Positions 47,361 through 60,600 of a DNA stretch of 64,000 bases are shown piece after piece. Made by a program: the position numbers and the translations under genes. Origin of the DNA: Stegostoma tigrinum (taxonomy: Eukaryota); the NCBI RefSeq assembly GCF_030684315.1, contig NC_081369.1, positions 9,214,035 through 9,278,034 of the forward strand, read 5' to 3'. How positions within the stretch are numbered: the stretch's first letter is position 1; the number at the start of each line of letters is the position of its first letter. The notes under the pieces were generated by a model. That model had not been told where the DNA came from. It worked only from the letters and a program-made list of their open reading frames with translations, and made no database searches.

Positions 47361-49659
47361 AATTTCATACAAGTGTACATTCTTATTTTCATACAACATT
47401 TGGAACATCATGAGCTCTTTCGTATCCAGTGCGCAGAATTCAGCTGATTATTCAGCTACTTTACATTGTGCATCATTTCATGCCCCAGTCATTTACACTT
47501 TGTAGAATTTCATTTTCTTTTTATGTTCAATTGATTAATTTGTACGCAGACTTAGAATATCCATGCACATCACTGCCTAGAATCTTCTACCCTTTATTTT
47601 CAGTATGCCCGATCTAATGCTCAATATTTTTAACACATTCAACTATGAATTTCTGTGTCCTCACCAAATTCACACATTCTATTGCATTCAAAAGCTGAAT
47701 GATGCAACTACTTACATTGCTGTGATAAAAATCATATTATGTGATTATGTTAACTTAATATTCAAGCCTAATTAAAATAATTTTTTAACAACATGTTGAC
47801 CTTAACAAAGAGTTCAACAAACAGACCACATGGAATTATTTCAGCAGAATAATTAGAAAGGAGATGACAAAAGATTGTTTTCACCCCGAGGCCGGTAAGA
47901 ATCTTAATATCACTGCTAGTAAGTGTGGTTGAGACCAGCAACTTACACACTTGAAAAGTCTTTGGATGTCTGTTTTAACACCTATAACCTGCAAGGCAAG
48001 TGAACACATGCAGGAAGGTGTGATAATGCTAAGGAGCTTCTCGTTGACTGGCACAGACAAGATATGCACTGATGTTTATCAGTTGCTTGAGTCGTGTCTT
48101 ATGACAATACTGCCTGGTTCTTGCCTCCAAACATTAGAACTCACGTTCTCTGGCCATTTACTGTTAATTCATTCTTAACATGACTCCTGAGGGCCTGGTG
48201 CCTTGTAACATAATAATGCTAGCCTCCTGCCTATCCCCGTCACTACTGACCCCAGCAATGCAGTTTTCAACTTGGAATCCTACCTCCTTTTCAATCATTT
48301 CATCTCCTCTGATGTTATTCAGTGAAACCACTGTGAAAGAGTGGAGAGCTGACTGTACCGCATGAGTTTAGCATGATTCAGTTCAGCTTCAGGCTGAATG
48401 CAGACAAAACAAACAGTCTTGGGAAAATCATTCAGCTTCATGCTATAGTCATGCTAATAAAGGTCTCTGGTGGAATGGGTTTGGGTAAGTCATGAGGCCT
48501 GTACCCGAGCCTTGGGGAAGCAAATTGTTCAGCCATAAAAAAAAACTCAACATTTGGAAATTTGCAGATCAAGGTGTCAAAATCTTAAATACAGCTGACT
48601 ACATTTTAAAAAAGCAGGTTCTAAACTAGATATTACTGTATATTATAATGCTAGTGAATCAATTCCCTTCAGCATACATACTGAAGCCATTTGTAATGAT
48701 GAGGCTAAGAACTTAATTCATTCACAAAACATATTGTCTTCCCATATCATAAGGAACGTCAAGAGTAATTGAATCTCTCTTTGCTTCTCCACACAGAAAG
48801 GTGACATGTGGGGATAAGATATTACACGACTAAATTTACTTGAGTAGCATTGCTCTTGACTCAGTGTTGGCAATCAATATCATGTGACACATCAATAATG
48901 TGTGCTGTTATTGTCAATCTTGGCCTTGTTTCCTTTTAAGTGTTTTCATTGAATGGAAAATTTGTCGTTTGGTTACTTTTAGATATGTTGGCGCTGTAAA
49001 TAAATGAAACCACCTGAAATAATTCAGTTATTGTGTGAAATTAGTAGCATGAGAGATTGTGCAATTCTAATGGTTTTCAAAATGTGTTGTGCAACTGAGC
49101 AATTGTAGGTCAGATATGAAGCTACTGCTTCCTGCCATTCTACTCCAAAGACTGACTGATAAAAATCACGAAGGCATGTTTCTAACCTCGAAGGGTATGC
49201 AATAATACTTAGCTTATTGTTTTAATGGAGAAATTTGTCATGTCGTAGCTTAACTTAGGCCCAACATAATTAGGATCTTCTGCATCAAGATTACCAATCT
49301 AACTTGAATCATCAGCTGATACATTAGACACCATATAGGGTGCCCAATGAATGCTCCCAACCTTGTTGATCAGCTGCAAATTACTGTAATACTCGGTATA
49401 TGTATTATCAGATGTGTTCATTTTTAGATTGAAGAACAAACAAAACACAATAGAGTACTGAATAGAGTACAATTTTCTGCAACTTAAATAAAAAAAACTC
49501 TCGATTCTGCAAATCATATGTTAGTTATTTTACGTGGAACGTGCCTTCACTTTCACAGAATTGGATTGCACTGTGACGATGCTGAAGTTCAGGCAAATTG
49601 AATAAGTAAGTAGACAAACAAATAAGTTAATAAGTAAATGTTACAGCAAAATATCTGCA

Positions 49660-49930
49660 ACTGGAGATAATAGGAACTGCAGATGCCGGAGAATCCGAGA
49701 TAACAAGGTAAAGAAATGGATGAACACAGCAGGCCAAGCAGCATCAGAGGAGCAGGAAGGCTGACATTTTGGGCCTCGACCCTTCATCAGAAAAGGGAGA
49801 GGGGAAGAGGTTTCTGAAATAAATAGGGAGAGAGGGGGAGGCGGATTGAAGATGGATATAGGAGAAGACAAGTGGACTTTGCCCCTGCAGTGGTCGAGAA
49901 TGCCCTCGACCGTGTCTCCCGCATTTCCCT
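49660..49930 (-). mobile_element. Penelope terminal repeat plus short inverted internal fragment
   Basis: Same tail as 11210-11420. 49880-49930 matches the Penelope body at ~9480-9530. Confidence 0.7.
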
Positions 49931-51024
49931 CAACATATATCGCTGGAAAACTCAGGGTATCATGGGCATTTGATTGGAGCCGTATATTAAGAGGGCAACT
50001 GAGTCCCACATGAAGGCCTGATTCAGAGTGGTCTCTCACCTCTTCCACATATATGGTAATAGAGCTTTGAATAAAGATCACTTATGCTGAGGAACATAGG
50101 CTGTAAGCCTCCTCTTTGGTACTTCTCCATGCAATAGTAGCCATTGGGCAGTCTTCAGTATCTTCAATAATCTGGAAACCCAAACAGTAGCCGTCCATTC
50201 CACTTCAAGCAGATTGGATTAATTAATGGTGGGGCTTACTGCTGATTGAAAGGGGTGTGTTGAAAACTCCTTGACATCAATATATCAACAGCCTTCTTCA
50301 TCCTGTTTGGAAATGTGTGTTATAATTAACAAAGGAAAAGCTTACATCTGTTGTTAAATTTCCCTTTTTGAAAACACCTTAATATCAGTTTTCTCAGATT
50401 TTAGAATCTAATTTTCTTCAAAGAAAATTGCATTTTCAAATTCTAATTTCTCGGCTACTTGCATACTTCCATACCAAAATACATTTAAGATGAGCAAATT
50501 TTTAACATCCGGAATTAGAGAGACACTTCATGTCTCGAACATATGTGGAAGTTCACTCTGGCCAGAAAATGAAATTTTAAACATAATAATTTAGAAATAG
50601 TTACCCATGAGTCCTTGCTTAAGCCAAACACAAGACATATTGTACACTAATTTGGGGAAAGAGAAAATAATTTATGCTCTTTCAATTAACTTTACTCCTT
50701 CAATTAACTTTAATCAACAATGGCCAAATACAAATTTTTACTTTTATAAAACTTTAACAAAAACATTTTAAATCAAATCATCATCGCAGATGTTTGCATT
50801 CAACATCTACTGGTAGATCCTTAAAAAGACAGTCCATTAATGGTACATGTTGCACACTGGCACAGGCACACAGCACACTTTCAAATCACTATATATTCTC
50901 AAAATTCAAAGTAAATTCAAAGTATTCACAGATCTTGACCCCCAGGAGACAAAACATACAAATTACACAAGACAACTTTTAACAACCAATAAATGAAAAT
51001 GCATACAAATCATACCACAAAGAG

Positions 51025-51590
51025 CATAGAACATACATCGAACATTACAGCACAGTACAGGCCCTTCGGCCCTCGATGTTGTGCCGACCTGTCATACCAA
51101 TCTGAAGCCCATCTAACCTACACTATTCCATGTATGTCTGTATGCTTATCCAATGATGACTTAAATGTACCCAAAGTTGGCGAATCTACTACCGTTGCAG
51201 GCAAAGCGTTCCATTCCCTTACTACTCTCTGAGTAAAGAAACTACCTCTGACATCTGTCCTATATCTTTCACCCCTCAATTTAAAGCTATGCCCCCTCGT
51301 GCTTGCCGTCACCATCCTAGGAAGAAGGCTCTCCCTATCCACTCTAGCTAACCCTCTGATTATTTTATATGTTTCAATTAAGTCACCTCTCAACCTTCTT
51401 CTCTCTAATGAAAACAGCCTCAAGTCCCTCAGCCTTTCCTTGTAAGACCTTCCCTCCATACCAGGCAACATCTTAGTGAATCTCCTCTGCACCCTTTCCA
51501 AAGCTTCCACATCCTTCTTAAAATGCGGTGACCAGAACTGTACGCAATACTCCAAGTGCGGCCGCACCAGAGTTTTGTACAGCTGCAGCA
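51025..51590 (-). mobile_element. Young CR1/HER1-type LINE 3' end
   Basis: Uninterrupted ORF 51118..51606 (LQLYKTLVRPHLEYCVQFWSP...TRGHSFKL...FFTQRVV); nearly identical to 63690-64000. Confidence 0.92.
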
Positions 51591-52219
51591 GTGGTAATGC
51601 TGGCACTCACATTCAACTCTGGACAAGAAAGAGTTATTACCTCTGTCAAACACGAACTCTGATCTCTCTCTCTCCCCTTCAAGATTTATAAATATTGAGA
51701 AAATCACAGTGCAGCTTCACATTCCAAGATAAAAGGGTGACTTTTGTTTTTATTTTCAGTGTTCTCTTTACCAGTGATCCCTCCTTTTTGTTTTGATACA
51801 AATGGGCCCTTTGGATCATTTGCTATCCCCAAGTTAAAATTATGGGCTGCCCCATGGTAAATTAATAATGTATTAACATGGTACCTTTAACTCGTTTCAT
51901 CTCTATATTTCTCGCTGTAGCTTGGGGTCTGGTCCTTGAATGCAATCATCCCTTGCAACCTTCTACAACTGTTTTTGCTTCAGTCAAAAGCGTTGTGGTT
52001 CCCTGTTACTATCCTCTTCATCAAGTAATTGATTTATCAGTCTCTGGGGCTTTGTCTTTGTGAACAGCTCCAGGGATCATTAACTAGCTAACACATGCCA
52101 GAAAATTTGGCAATGTTGGTCAGTTCCGACAGTCCAAAGCGAGTGGCATAGTTAATATCTTGATCTGTCCATCCTCTGCTCTGTCTTGTTACTACAGATG
52201 CCATCGGAGCGGATGGACA

Positions 52220-52850
52220 TGTGGCATGCTTTCCTTCAACGGACGGGGTATTGAGTACAAGAGTTGGCAGGTCACGTTACAGTTGTATAAGACTTTGGTT
52301 CGGCCACGTTTAGAGTACTGTGTACAGTTCTGGTCGCCACATTAGCAAAAGGATGTGGATGCTTTGGAGAGGGTGCAGAGGAGGTTCACCAGGATGTTGC
52401 CTGGTATGGAGGGTGCTAGCTATAAAGAGAGATTGAGTAGATTATGATTATTTTCATTAGAAAGACAGAGATTGAGGAGAGACCTGATTGAGGTCTGCAA
52501 AATCATGAGGGGTATAGACAGAGTGGATAGCAAGAAGCTTTTTCCCAGAGTGGGGGACTCAATCACTAGGGGTCATGAGTTCAAAGTGAGGGGAGGAAAG
52601 TTTAAGGGAGATATGTGTGGAAAGTTCTTTATGCAGAGGGTGGTGGGTGCATGGAACGCGTTGCCAGCGGAAGTGGTAGACACAGGCACGTTAGTGTCTT
52701 TTAAGATATATCTGGACAGGTACATGGATGGGTGGGGAGCAAATGGACACAGACCCTTAGAAAATAGATGACAGGCTTGACAGAGGATCTCGATTGGCTC
52801 AGGCTTGGAGGGCCGAAGGGTCTGTTCCTGTACTGTAATTTTCTTTGTTC
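52220..52850 (+). mobile_element. CR1-type LINE 3' end
   Basis: ORFs 52160..52345 (RGIEYKS...LEYCVQFWSPH) and 52472..52771 (ITRGHEFKV...FFMQRVV). Confidence 0.9.
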
Positions 52851-54486
52851 TTTGTTGGTCTTTGTTGATCTGGGTACTCCCCTTTTCTTTCAAAAGGGGC
52901 AGGCACTCCCTTTACTGTTTATCTTCTTTCGTGTACTGAGCAGAGTCACATGCTGAACTTTCTCAAACTACTTTTCCATCACAAGCTTTGCTCTACATTT
53001 CAGGTAAAAAAACCATACATTATTCTGTTCTAAGTAGCGAGCTGGCTTTGTCAATTTTCTATTTTGACATTTTCATGATCTCCAGTGTTACTTTTATTCT
53101 CCTTATCTGTTTAGTATGCTAGATTCGTAACAGTCTTCAAATTATTGTTTTGCTTTTTCATTGCTTCTTCCCCCTCATGATCTTGTTTAAATACTTCCTC
53201 ACTTTATTCCCCACCCTGTCTAATTTCTTGTGCCGTGTTTCACACTCCTTCATGTCATTGAGATTATTTTCAGCTTTCTCTGTAAAACCCGTTTATCTCC
53301 CTTTGAAGGTCATCTGTCTTGGCTCGAATCTCCAGCCTTTCCCACTGGCTTTCTGCCAGGTCCTTCAACAGACTGCCTGACAGAGCATTCTGCAAGTTTT
53401 TATTTGTGACAATCTTCCAAAGGTTTCTCCCGTGGTTTTCCCTTCATCTCTGGCTCAATAAACAGACTCCCTGCATTTTGGCTACTTCCCAATTACACGC
53501 ATTTGGAGGAAGTGCTCTAATGAAAATGCCCAAGTCCCCAGGACTCCGGGGTCCCTTTTGCTTCATCACTCTGGATTAAGTCTGATTCGATTTGCCATTG
53601 ACTCAATGGTCCTCAAATGGAATATTTCTGCCTGAGACAAGTCAAATTACTTAGCCTCAGATTTAAGTTCTCTCTGTGTTTTGCCAATCAGGCCCAACTT
53701 GAGTTCCTGCTGACTCAATGGTCCTTTAAGTCCACTGTCTCTTCCAGAGACAGTTGTTAGTGACAGTGGAATTTTGACTGTTTGTTGTAACTCCTTCTCC
53801 TTATTCATACCCCTTTGAAGCCCAAGTGAATGTTTCCATTTAGGAGTCGATCTGGATTTGTTGAATCAATGAAACTGCTTCTTCTAGACGGCCCTCACAG
53901 GGACGCCAATTCATGTTGCTGGGTCACTGCCCTCGAAAAAGTTACTGTCTTGGCATGAAGAGGACAAGTGCCAAGTTTGGATCAACTAACTGCTAACTTT
54001 ATTAATTTAGTTAAGCAGGCATGCGATTCACGTGAAATAAAACAGAAATTGCTAGAAAAGCTCAGCAGGTCTGGCAGCGTCTGGAAAGGTAAATAAAAAG
54101 AGTTAATGTTTCAGGTCCGGTGACCCTTCCTCAGGAGAGTTCGGAGGAAGTATCACCGGACTGGAAATGTTAACTTTGTCTTTTCCTTCTCAGATGCTGC
54201 CAGACCTGCTGAGCTTTTCCAGCAATTTCTGCTTTGTTTCCTGATTTACAGCATCCACAGCTCTTTCAGTTTTTATTATGCAATTCACATGGTTTGGTTA
54301 AGAAACTGTTAACAGCAGGCTTGCAATTCATGTAAGGCTAAAATCCAAAAGCACATGCACTAATTTTCCAGTAACGTTGTGTGAATAGTCAATAAAAATA
54401 AAGGCTATTACCCAAGGATCACTGTCCAGGCCACTTCTCTCAAGTCTTCGGGCTATCTTTGTGTTTTCAGCATGGGGCTCACAACA
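52850..54486 (-). mobile_element. LTR retroelement 5' end: LTR 53914-54486, tRNA-Asn PBS 53891-53908, decayed internal region
   Basis: LTR bounded by TGTTG...CAACA, with AATAAA on - near 54000. The adjacent TGGCGTCCCTGTGAGGGC matches the complement of the vertebrate tRNA-Asn 3' end at 16/18. Confidence 0.6.
54035..54277. mobile_element. Hairpin repeat insertion with 14-bp TSD inside the LTR
   Basis: Inverted arms AGAAATTGCTAGAAAAGCTCAGCAGG / CCTGCTGAGCTTTTCCAGCAATTTCT; flanks ATGCGATTCACGTG (54021) and ATGCAATTCACATG (54278). Confidence 0.75.
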
Positions 54487-54489
54487 TTG

Positions 54490-57400
54490 ATTGCCAGAGT
54501 CTTCACTGACGACATGCCTAAATCATTCATTTTTATTCCTTTTCCTTATCATCTTAAACTGTAGTGTCTTCTCCATGTTGCTTCTTGGCTCATCTGATGA
54601 GGTAGTGTCTTTCCAACAGCTTCAGCTTGGGGGCCGTGGATGACTCTGGTCGAGTTCAGCCAACATGTGGCGCGACCTTTGCTTCCAGAATCACCATGCT
54701 CCCCCTCATAATGCACCATCCTCTCCTAAAATCTATTCTGCCCGTGTCTAAAAACATTTCAGTTGTGGTTGTGACGGCCCGTTGGTTTCCCCCATCACTA
54801 CTAGTTGTTTCAGCTTTTCCAGAATCTGGTCTTTCCACATCTGAAGCCTGAATCTTTCAGCTGCGAGAGAGTGTGTATAGAAAATTGAAATCATTTCAGA
54901 TGCTTCCAGTGGCTGTACCACTAGTGGTGTAGCTGCCAGTAGGAGGCGGCGCAATTCACCCACATTTGTAAATTTGCCACCCAGTCAGTATTCCAATTTG
55001 AAATGATACACACTTATTATTAGACCCCACGACTGAATGTGGCCTGAAGCTATCAGCCTTGTCCTCTTTAATTGGACCTAGAAGGGGTTTGTGATTGGTT
55101 ATTATTACAAATTTACATCCATGATGGTATTGATGGAATTTCCTGACTCCAGATATGACTGCCAAATCTCCCTTCTCTATCTGGGCATGTTTACACTCTG
55201 TATTAGCCAAAGTCCTGGAAGTATACGCTATTGGCCGTTCCTTTCCACTGGACCATCACTGAGCCAATAACACCCGGAGGCCATGCAGAGAGGCATCGTA
55301 TGTACATCTCACTTGGAATTATAGTATGCCAACCCCTCAGCGAATGATAGCTATTTCTTCAGTTTTCTGAAAGATTTGACTTGGCCACGTGACCATTTCC
55401 AAGGCTGATGCTTTTCGGGAATTGATGCGAAGGTGCCAGGATGGAAGCTAGGTTATGCGTGAACTTTCTGTAATAATTCGCTCGCACAAGGAAATACATA
55501 ATTTCTTGTACAGCCATGGGGATAGACACATTCAATCATTCTCACATTATCTTCTGATTTCTGTAACCCTGTTTAGGCCACTTAGGGTGCCTGGAACACA
55601 CAGTTTCACTTTCTAATGCATGGACACACCTGGCAAAAATGTCTAAGGAATATGTCCACCTTCCCTGAATGCTCCTGATTGGTCTTCCCCATTGTGACGT
55701 GACATTGACGTAAGTGTCAACTTAGACTGGCTATGCAGTATGTTCTGCATCATCCACAGAAATATTGCACAGGCTGATTGCACCTGAAATGGCAGTCTCG
55801 TATATTGGTCCAACTCTTATCTGTAATATTTGCAGCACACTTCTGGAAATCCTCAGCAAATTGCAACTGCAAGTATGCATGGCTTATGTCCAGGTTTGTG
55901 AATGGCAGTCCCCTACTATCTATATGTATAAATCCTCTGTTTGAGGGAATAGGCATTAAACGCTGCAAATATGTTTATTGTCTGTTTACGATCCCCATTA
56001 AGGTAAATTGATGCATTGGGTTTCAAAATTGATACAACCAATGCTGCCTTTCTGCTAATTGGAGTGGTTTGATGGTTCATTTGCTTTTCAACCTTCTGCT
56101 TTCTGTCTCTACTTTTGCATGTAAGACCAACGGCTCCAGGCAGCCTTGCAGATTTGTGGAGTTTTTCCTGGTCAACATGCAAGGCTGCCTTGGCTCCTTT
56201 GATGGTCCCTAGTATTTCCTGAAAAACGTTCGGGTATTTGATTAGGACTTCACACAGGCAGCAATACGTTGAACCAATCTAAGCGAACCTCTGTCAACCA
56301 ATGTCGCCCCATCAAGCGTGGTCCCAAACTTTTTTCTACAATCAGCTGAACCAGCTGCTTCTCATAAGGGACCAGAATTGAAATTGTTCTCTTAACCTGT
56401 AAAAATTTCCCAGTGTAGTGTTTCAGTGTAGCCGAGGTCTTGTGGAAACGTAAATATTGGAGACCAGAGCAAATTTTGTTCATGTTGGGTTCTGCAATCA
56501 CTGAAACAGGCACACTATTATCAACCCCCATTATAATTGGATGATTATTTCAACAGATGTTTATTTTGACTGCTTTCGTTTGCATGTTGCTCAGCAATTT
56601 AACTGTCCCAAACCAGATGTAGGTTGACTTTCAAGGTTACGCACTCTCCTGGATATAGGTGTATGAGTTGCCTTACTCAATTTAGGTCCAGTAGGACTGC
56701 TTCTCTGTCTCGGGTCTGTATGGCAACAGCAAATTCAATGGCTTGCTGACCCAAAACCTGAGGAAATTTTAAAATTTTGACCAAGGTTTGGCTTTGATTT
56801 GGGGTTTTGCTGTTGGCTGACCTAATGTTCCTCTATTCAGGATATGTCTTGGCTGTGGTTATCCAACTGCCTTGACTTAAATATTCTTCCCCAAGCTCAG
56901 TCAGACTGGCTAGAGTCTCCAATTCCATTGAAATACCTTGCAACACACTTTCTGCATTTTTCAATGAGAAAGCCTGTTGTAGTTTCTCTTTGACGTCCAG
57001 TTAGGCTTCAGTCTCCAGATGCTTTTGAATGGTGGCTTCATTAAACCCACATACAAACCAGTCTCTCGGTGGCTCATGGCTAAATAAACAAGAGCCACAT
57101 GCCTCTTCAACCCGTCTTAACCTCGTCAAAAATCCTGAAATAGAATCTCCTTATTTTCGAATTGCTGAATAAAAGCCATCGAATTAGAGGAAGCTTTGTT
57201 TTTTAATATTATTTACCTAAATTGGTAAACTCTTTAAATGTTTTAAGATCTAGTGTCTCAGGGAAAATTAGGCACCTGATAACTGAAAAAATCTGAGGAT
57301 CCTCAAGCTGTCAGAAGAATTACTCATTACATTCCATGTCTGAGAAAATAAAACCATTCTTTCTAAATATTTGCTGCAGGTTTCAACAGCAGGGTCAAAT

Positions 57401-57737
57401 GACTCATGCTTCACAAATGATGGCCTGATGCCTGAAATTCTTCTCCCAACTCAAAAACATTGCATTCAAATTTCTTCAGGATTGTGTTTTACTATCATCA
57501 CCTCAGAAATAACCCACAGAGGCTAGTATCCCATCACGAGATCACCCTTTATTTACACTTGGAAAGTCTTTGACACTGATTGACTCTCCCAACGCTAGCC
57601 TTCAGAGTAAACAGAACCTCTGATACTCCTGTTTATACCTGTCAGCCAGGGTTCCCTGATCAGTATGATTATCGGCCCCAGTGAGGGAACTCATTTTTTA
57701 TGTTGTCCACTTGGACGACCTTTTTACAATCAGTACA
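54490..57737 (-). mobile_element. Degenerate Gypsy LTR retrotransposon (5' LTR 57505-57737, gag, protease, RT, RNase H; integrase largely deleted)
   Basis: ORFs 56250..56531 (VDNSVPVSVI protease...LMGRHWL), 55750..55968 (FTNLDISHAYLQL RT) and 54956..55210 (AQIEK...KFHQY...TNHKPL RNase H). LTR related to 20325-21098. Confidence 0.85.
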
Positions 57738-57909
57738 GCTGTCATTTACCAAGAAAAGGAAACAGGTGAAATTTCAAATTGTGTATTTTGTATTGTACTT
57801 CAGAGGCCTTCCAACTTGTTCATCTGTATTCAGAGATAATGGGAACTTTGTTTGGAAATGTTTATCTTAGGGTAAGAATGGAAATAATCAGGTGCTACTC
57901 ACCTTCGGC

Positions 57910-58015
57910 AGATTTTTGAATTTGCCTTTTTGCCAGTGGGTATGCTTATGGGATTTTACTATATTAGAACATTGAATTAGTAATGGTTACTCTATTTATT
58001 TCCGTTGAAGTTTCC
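57910..58015 (+). repeat. ~100-bp dispersed direct repeat (copy 1; copy 2 at ~59768-59873), probably LTR fragments
   Basis: GATTTTTGAATTTGCCTTTTTGCCA...GGGATTTTACTATATTAG...GAATTAGTAATGGTT present in both copies. Confidence 0.7.
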
Positions 58016-58279
58016 TTCTTGCAACACAGCAGAAACAATATGCATGCCATTTTCCTTTGTTTGGGCCCATTTCCCCAAATATATTGAGAAAAATACAGTT
58101 TCATCGATTTAATACAGGTATTTTGAACCGTTTGGAGCTGAAGACAAAATGTGTTCTGTCAAATGAAATAAAATAAACCCTATTCACACAGAACATTACA
58201 ACCACATACACAGTGGAGAAAAAAGTGTATCAAGGAACAACACAGAGGGATTTCAATTTCATTACAAATAAATCACAAA

Positions 58280-59670
58280 AAGATAGCATACAAGTTTAGC
58301 AGGTGATAGGGAAGGCAAATAAATTGGTGGCCCTCATTCCAAATGTAATAGAGCATAAAAACGGAGAAATTTTGCCAAAACTATACAAAGCACCTGTTAC
58401 TACAATCCTGGAAGACAGTGAACAGTTTTGTTTTAACAAACGTATCTGCACATTGAAATGATGGCAGTGGAGGCAGCCCAGTGAATATTATCCAAGTTGA
58501 TCCATATACAGAAGTCCTGTCTTACAAGGAGAGGTTGTGTAGGTTGGGCTGTAACCATTGGAGTTTAAAAGAATGACTGGCAACGTCTTAAAGCATGTAC
58601 AATTCTTAGGGACTTGACAGGATACATGCAAAAAAAGTTGCTTCTCCTCATGAGATAGTCTAAAACTATAGCCTACTTTAACCTCAGAGAAATGGTTCAC
58701 TCATTTAAGAAAGTGATAAGGAGAAATTTCTCCTGTCAGAGAGTATTGGATCAATTGAATTGTTCACCATAGAGGGCTGTAGAGGTTGAATTGCTGAGTA
58801 TGTTCACGGCTGAAATAGGCAGATTTCTAATCAGTAAGAGTCACAAGGTTGATAGGGAAAAGTTAGAAGAATGAAATTGAAGATGATCAGATGTGTCACA
58901 GACTGTTTGAATAATAGGACAGACTCAATTGGCCGAATCACCTCCATCTGCTCCTAGGTATTATCTCTTATAGTGTTATGGAACAAAGCCACTGAACTGA
59001 TTAAAGCTATTGCCATGTTAATGAGAAAATCAATAAATTTGAACAGGATTTGGAAAATGTAGGATAACAAAACAGTTGGGGAAAACAGTGAAAGTTTCTC
59101 AAATGATGACTAATTCAGAGGAAATGTGGGAGTGGGGTGTAATTAACCTATGCAGAAGGCAAAAACATATCATGTGGATAAAATAGAAAATGATGAGTGA
59201 AAGAGCAAAGGTTTTGGAGCAGTTTTCTTAACCTGAAATAAAAAATTCTGTTAGAGCATTACACAAATGTTTGAAGAAGACAACCTGAAAGCTGATCAGC
59301 CCATTGAGTATTGGAGCTTGAGCCTACTTTTGGAGGACTGTATGCAGCTCTGGTTGTTCTGCCAAATGAAGCATATTGTTAAATTGATGCAGCAACAGAA
59401 AATATTTGCAAGTAAGTTCCTGGGCCTGGAGTGTTTGAGTTATAAGGAAAGGCTGGATGTTTTGCACCTCTTACCACTGGAGTATAGGAGATTGATGCAT
59501 GTCCTTAAAGAACTTCATAAAATCATGCGGGGTGTACACAAAGTGAATAGCAATGGTATTTTTCGTAATGTTGTGGAGTTGAAAACTAGAGGGCATAATT
59601 TTAACGTGAGAGGAGAAGGATTTAATAGAGAACTGAGTGTTCGTATGTGAAATGAACTGCGAAAGATAGA
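58280..59670 (+). mobile_element. Two degenerate CR1-type LINE 3' fragments (~58280-58970, ~59300-59670)
   Basis: ORF 59267..59650 (GLECLSYKERL...KTRGHNFNV); the upstream copy is colinear with the CR1 3' end. Confidence 0.65.
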
Positions 59671-60284
59671 AGCTGCTGAAGAAGTCAAACCTTTTTTCCC
59701 CTCTCTTGCTTCCTGCTAGAAAGTGGGGTTTCTCTTCATTCTACAAATGTTGCATGTAGGAAAGCCTGATTTTTGAATTTGCCTTTTTGCCAATGGCTAT
59801 GGTTATGGGATTTTACTATATTAGAGCAGTGAATTAGTAATGGTTGCTCTATTTATTTTCTGTTAAGTTTTCCAGTAGAATTGTTATTCCAAGTTCTTCC
59901 TTCTTTTGTTGAATTTAAACTATAGTTTTGAATACATTGTGTTTTGCTTAATATCAACTAGATTGACCATTCCAATTGCATTTGGACACAGCATCTCCCA
60001 TTTACCGTTAAAATAAGAAAATGTTAGGTTCTGGGCTCAAAAGCAGAAATTGCTGGAATAGCTCAGCAGCTCTGGCAGCATCTGTGGAGATAGAACAGAG
60101 TGAGTGCTTTGGTTCAAGTTATCTTTCCTCAGAACTGAGGGTCTACATTACATTCTTAATACATTTTGACGGCTGGTCCATAGCAGTTGTCCTTGTGAAT
60201 ATGCACATCCATTGTTTTTACTTCCTCTCCTTTAGAGGATTGTGTAGACAAGTATAACTGCTGTTAGTATTCATTGACTCACAG

Positions 60285-60600
60285 TTACTATTGATGTATC
60301 TGTTCAATTAAAACAAGGCCCTGAAATCATGACTGCCACCAAAAACCGAGCCATTACCTTCTCCTGCACATTCCCTCTTCTGAAATAATCTAGCAGTGAA
60401 TGTTTGCTTGATGAATCTTGGTGACACGACAATGCTGGGAACAGGACTAAATGAAGGAAAGAATTTCACACCAAAAAGGGCAATGGCTCTTTGCAGCTGC
60501 TCAACATTAAGTGTGAAAGATGCATGGATCTATTTCTATGGAGTGTCATTTTAAAGCAAAGTAATTGGTAACTGGATTGCATCTCTGTTCATTGCACATG
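60285..60600 (+). pseudogene. Pseudogene 3 VJ exon, paralogue of the gene 1 V domain
   Basis: Acceptor GACTCACAG|. Reads VQLKQGPEIMTATKNRAITFSCTFP*; across frameshifts KKGNGSLQLLNI, SVKDAWIYFYGV (decayed DAGIYFC) and VIGNWIASLFIAH (decayed GNGxGSxLxV). Donor mutated to G|ATATGT. Confidence 0.8.
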
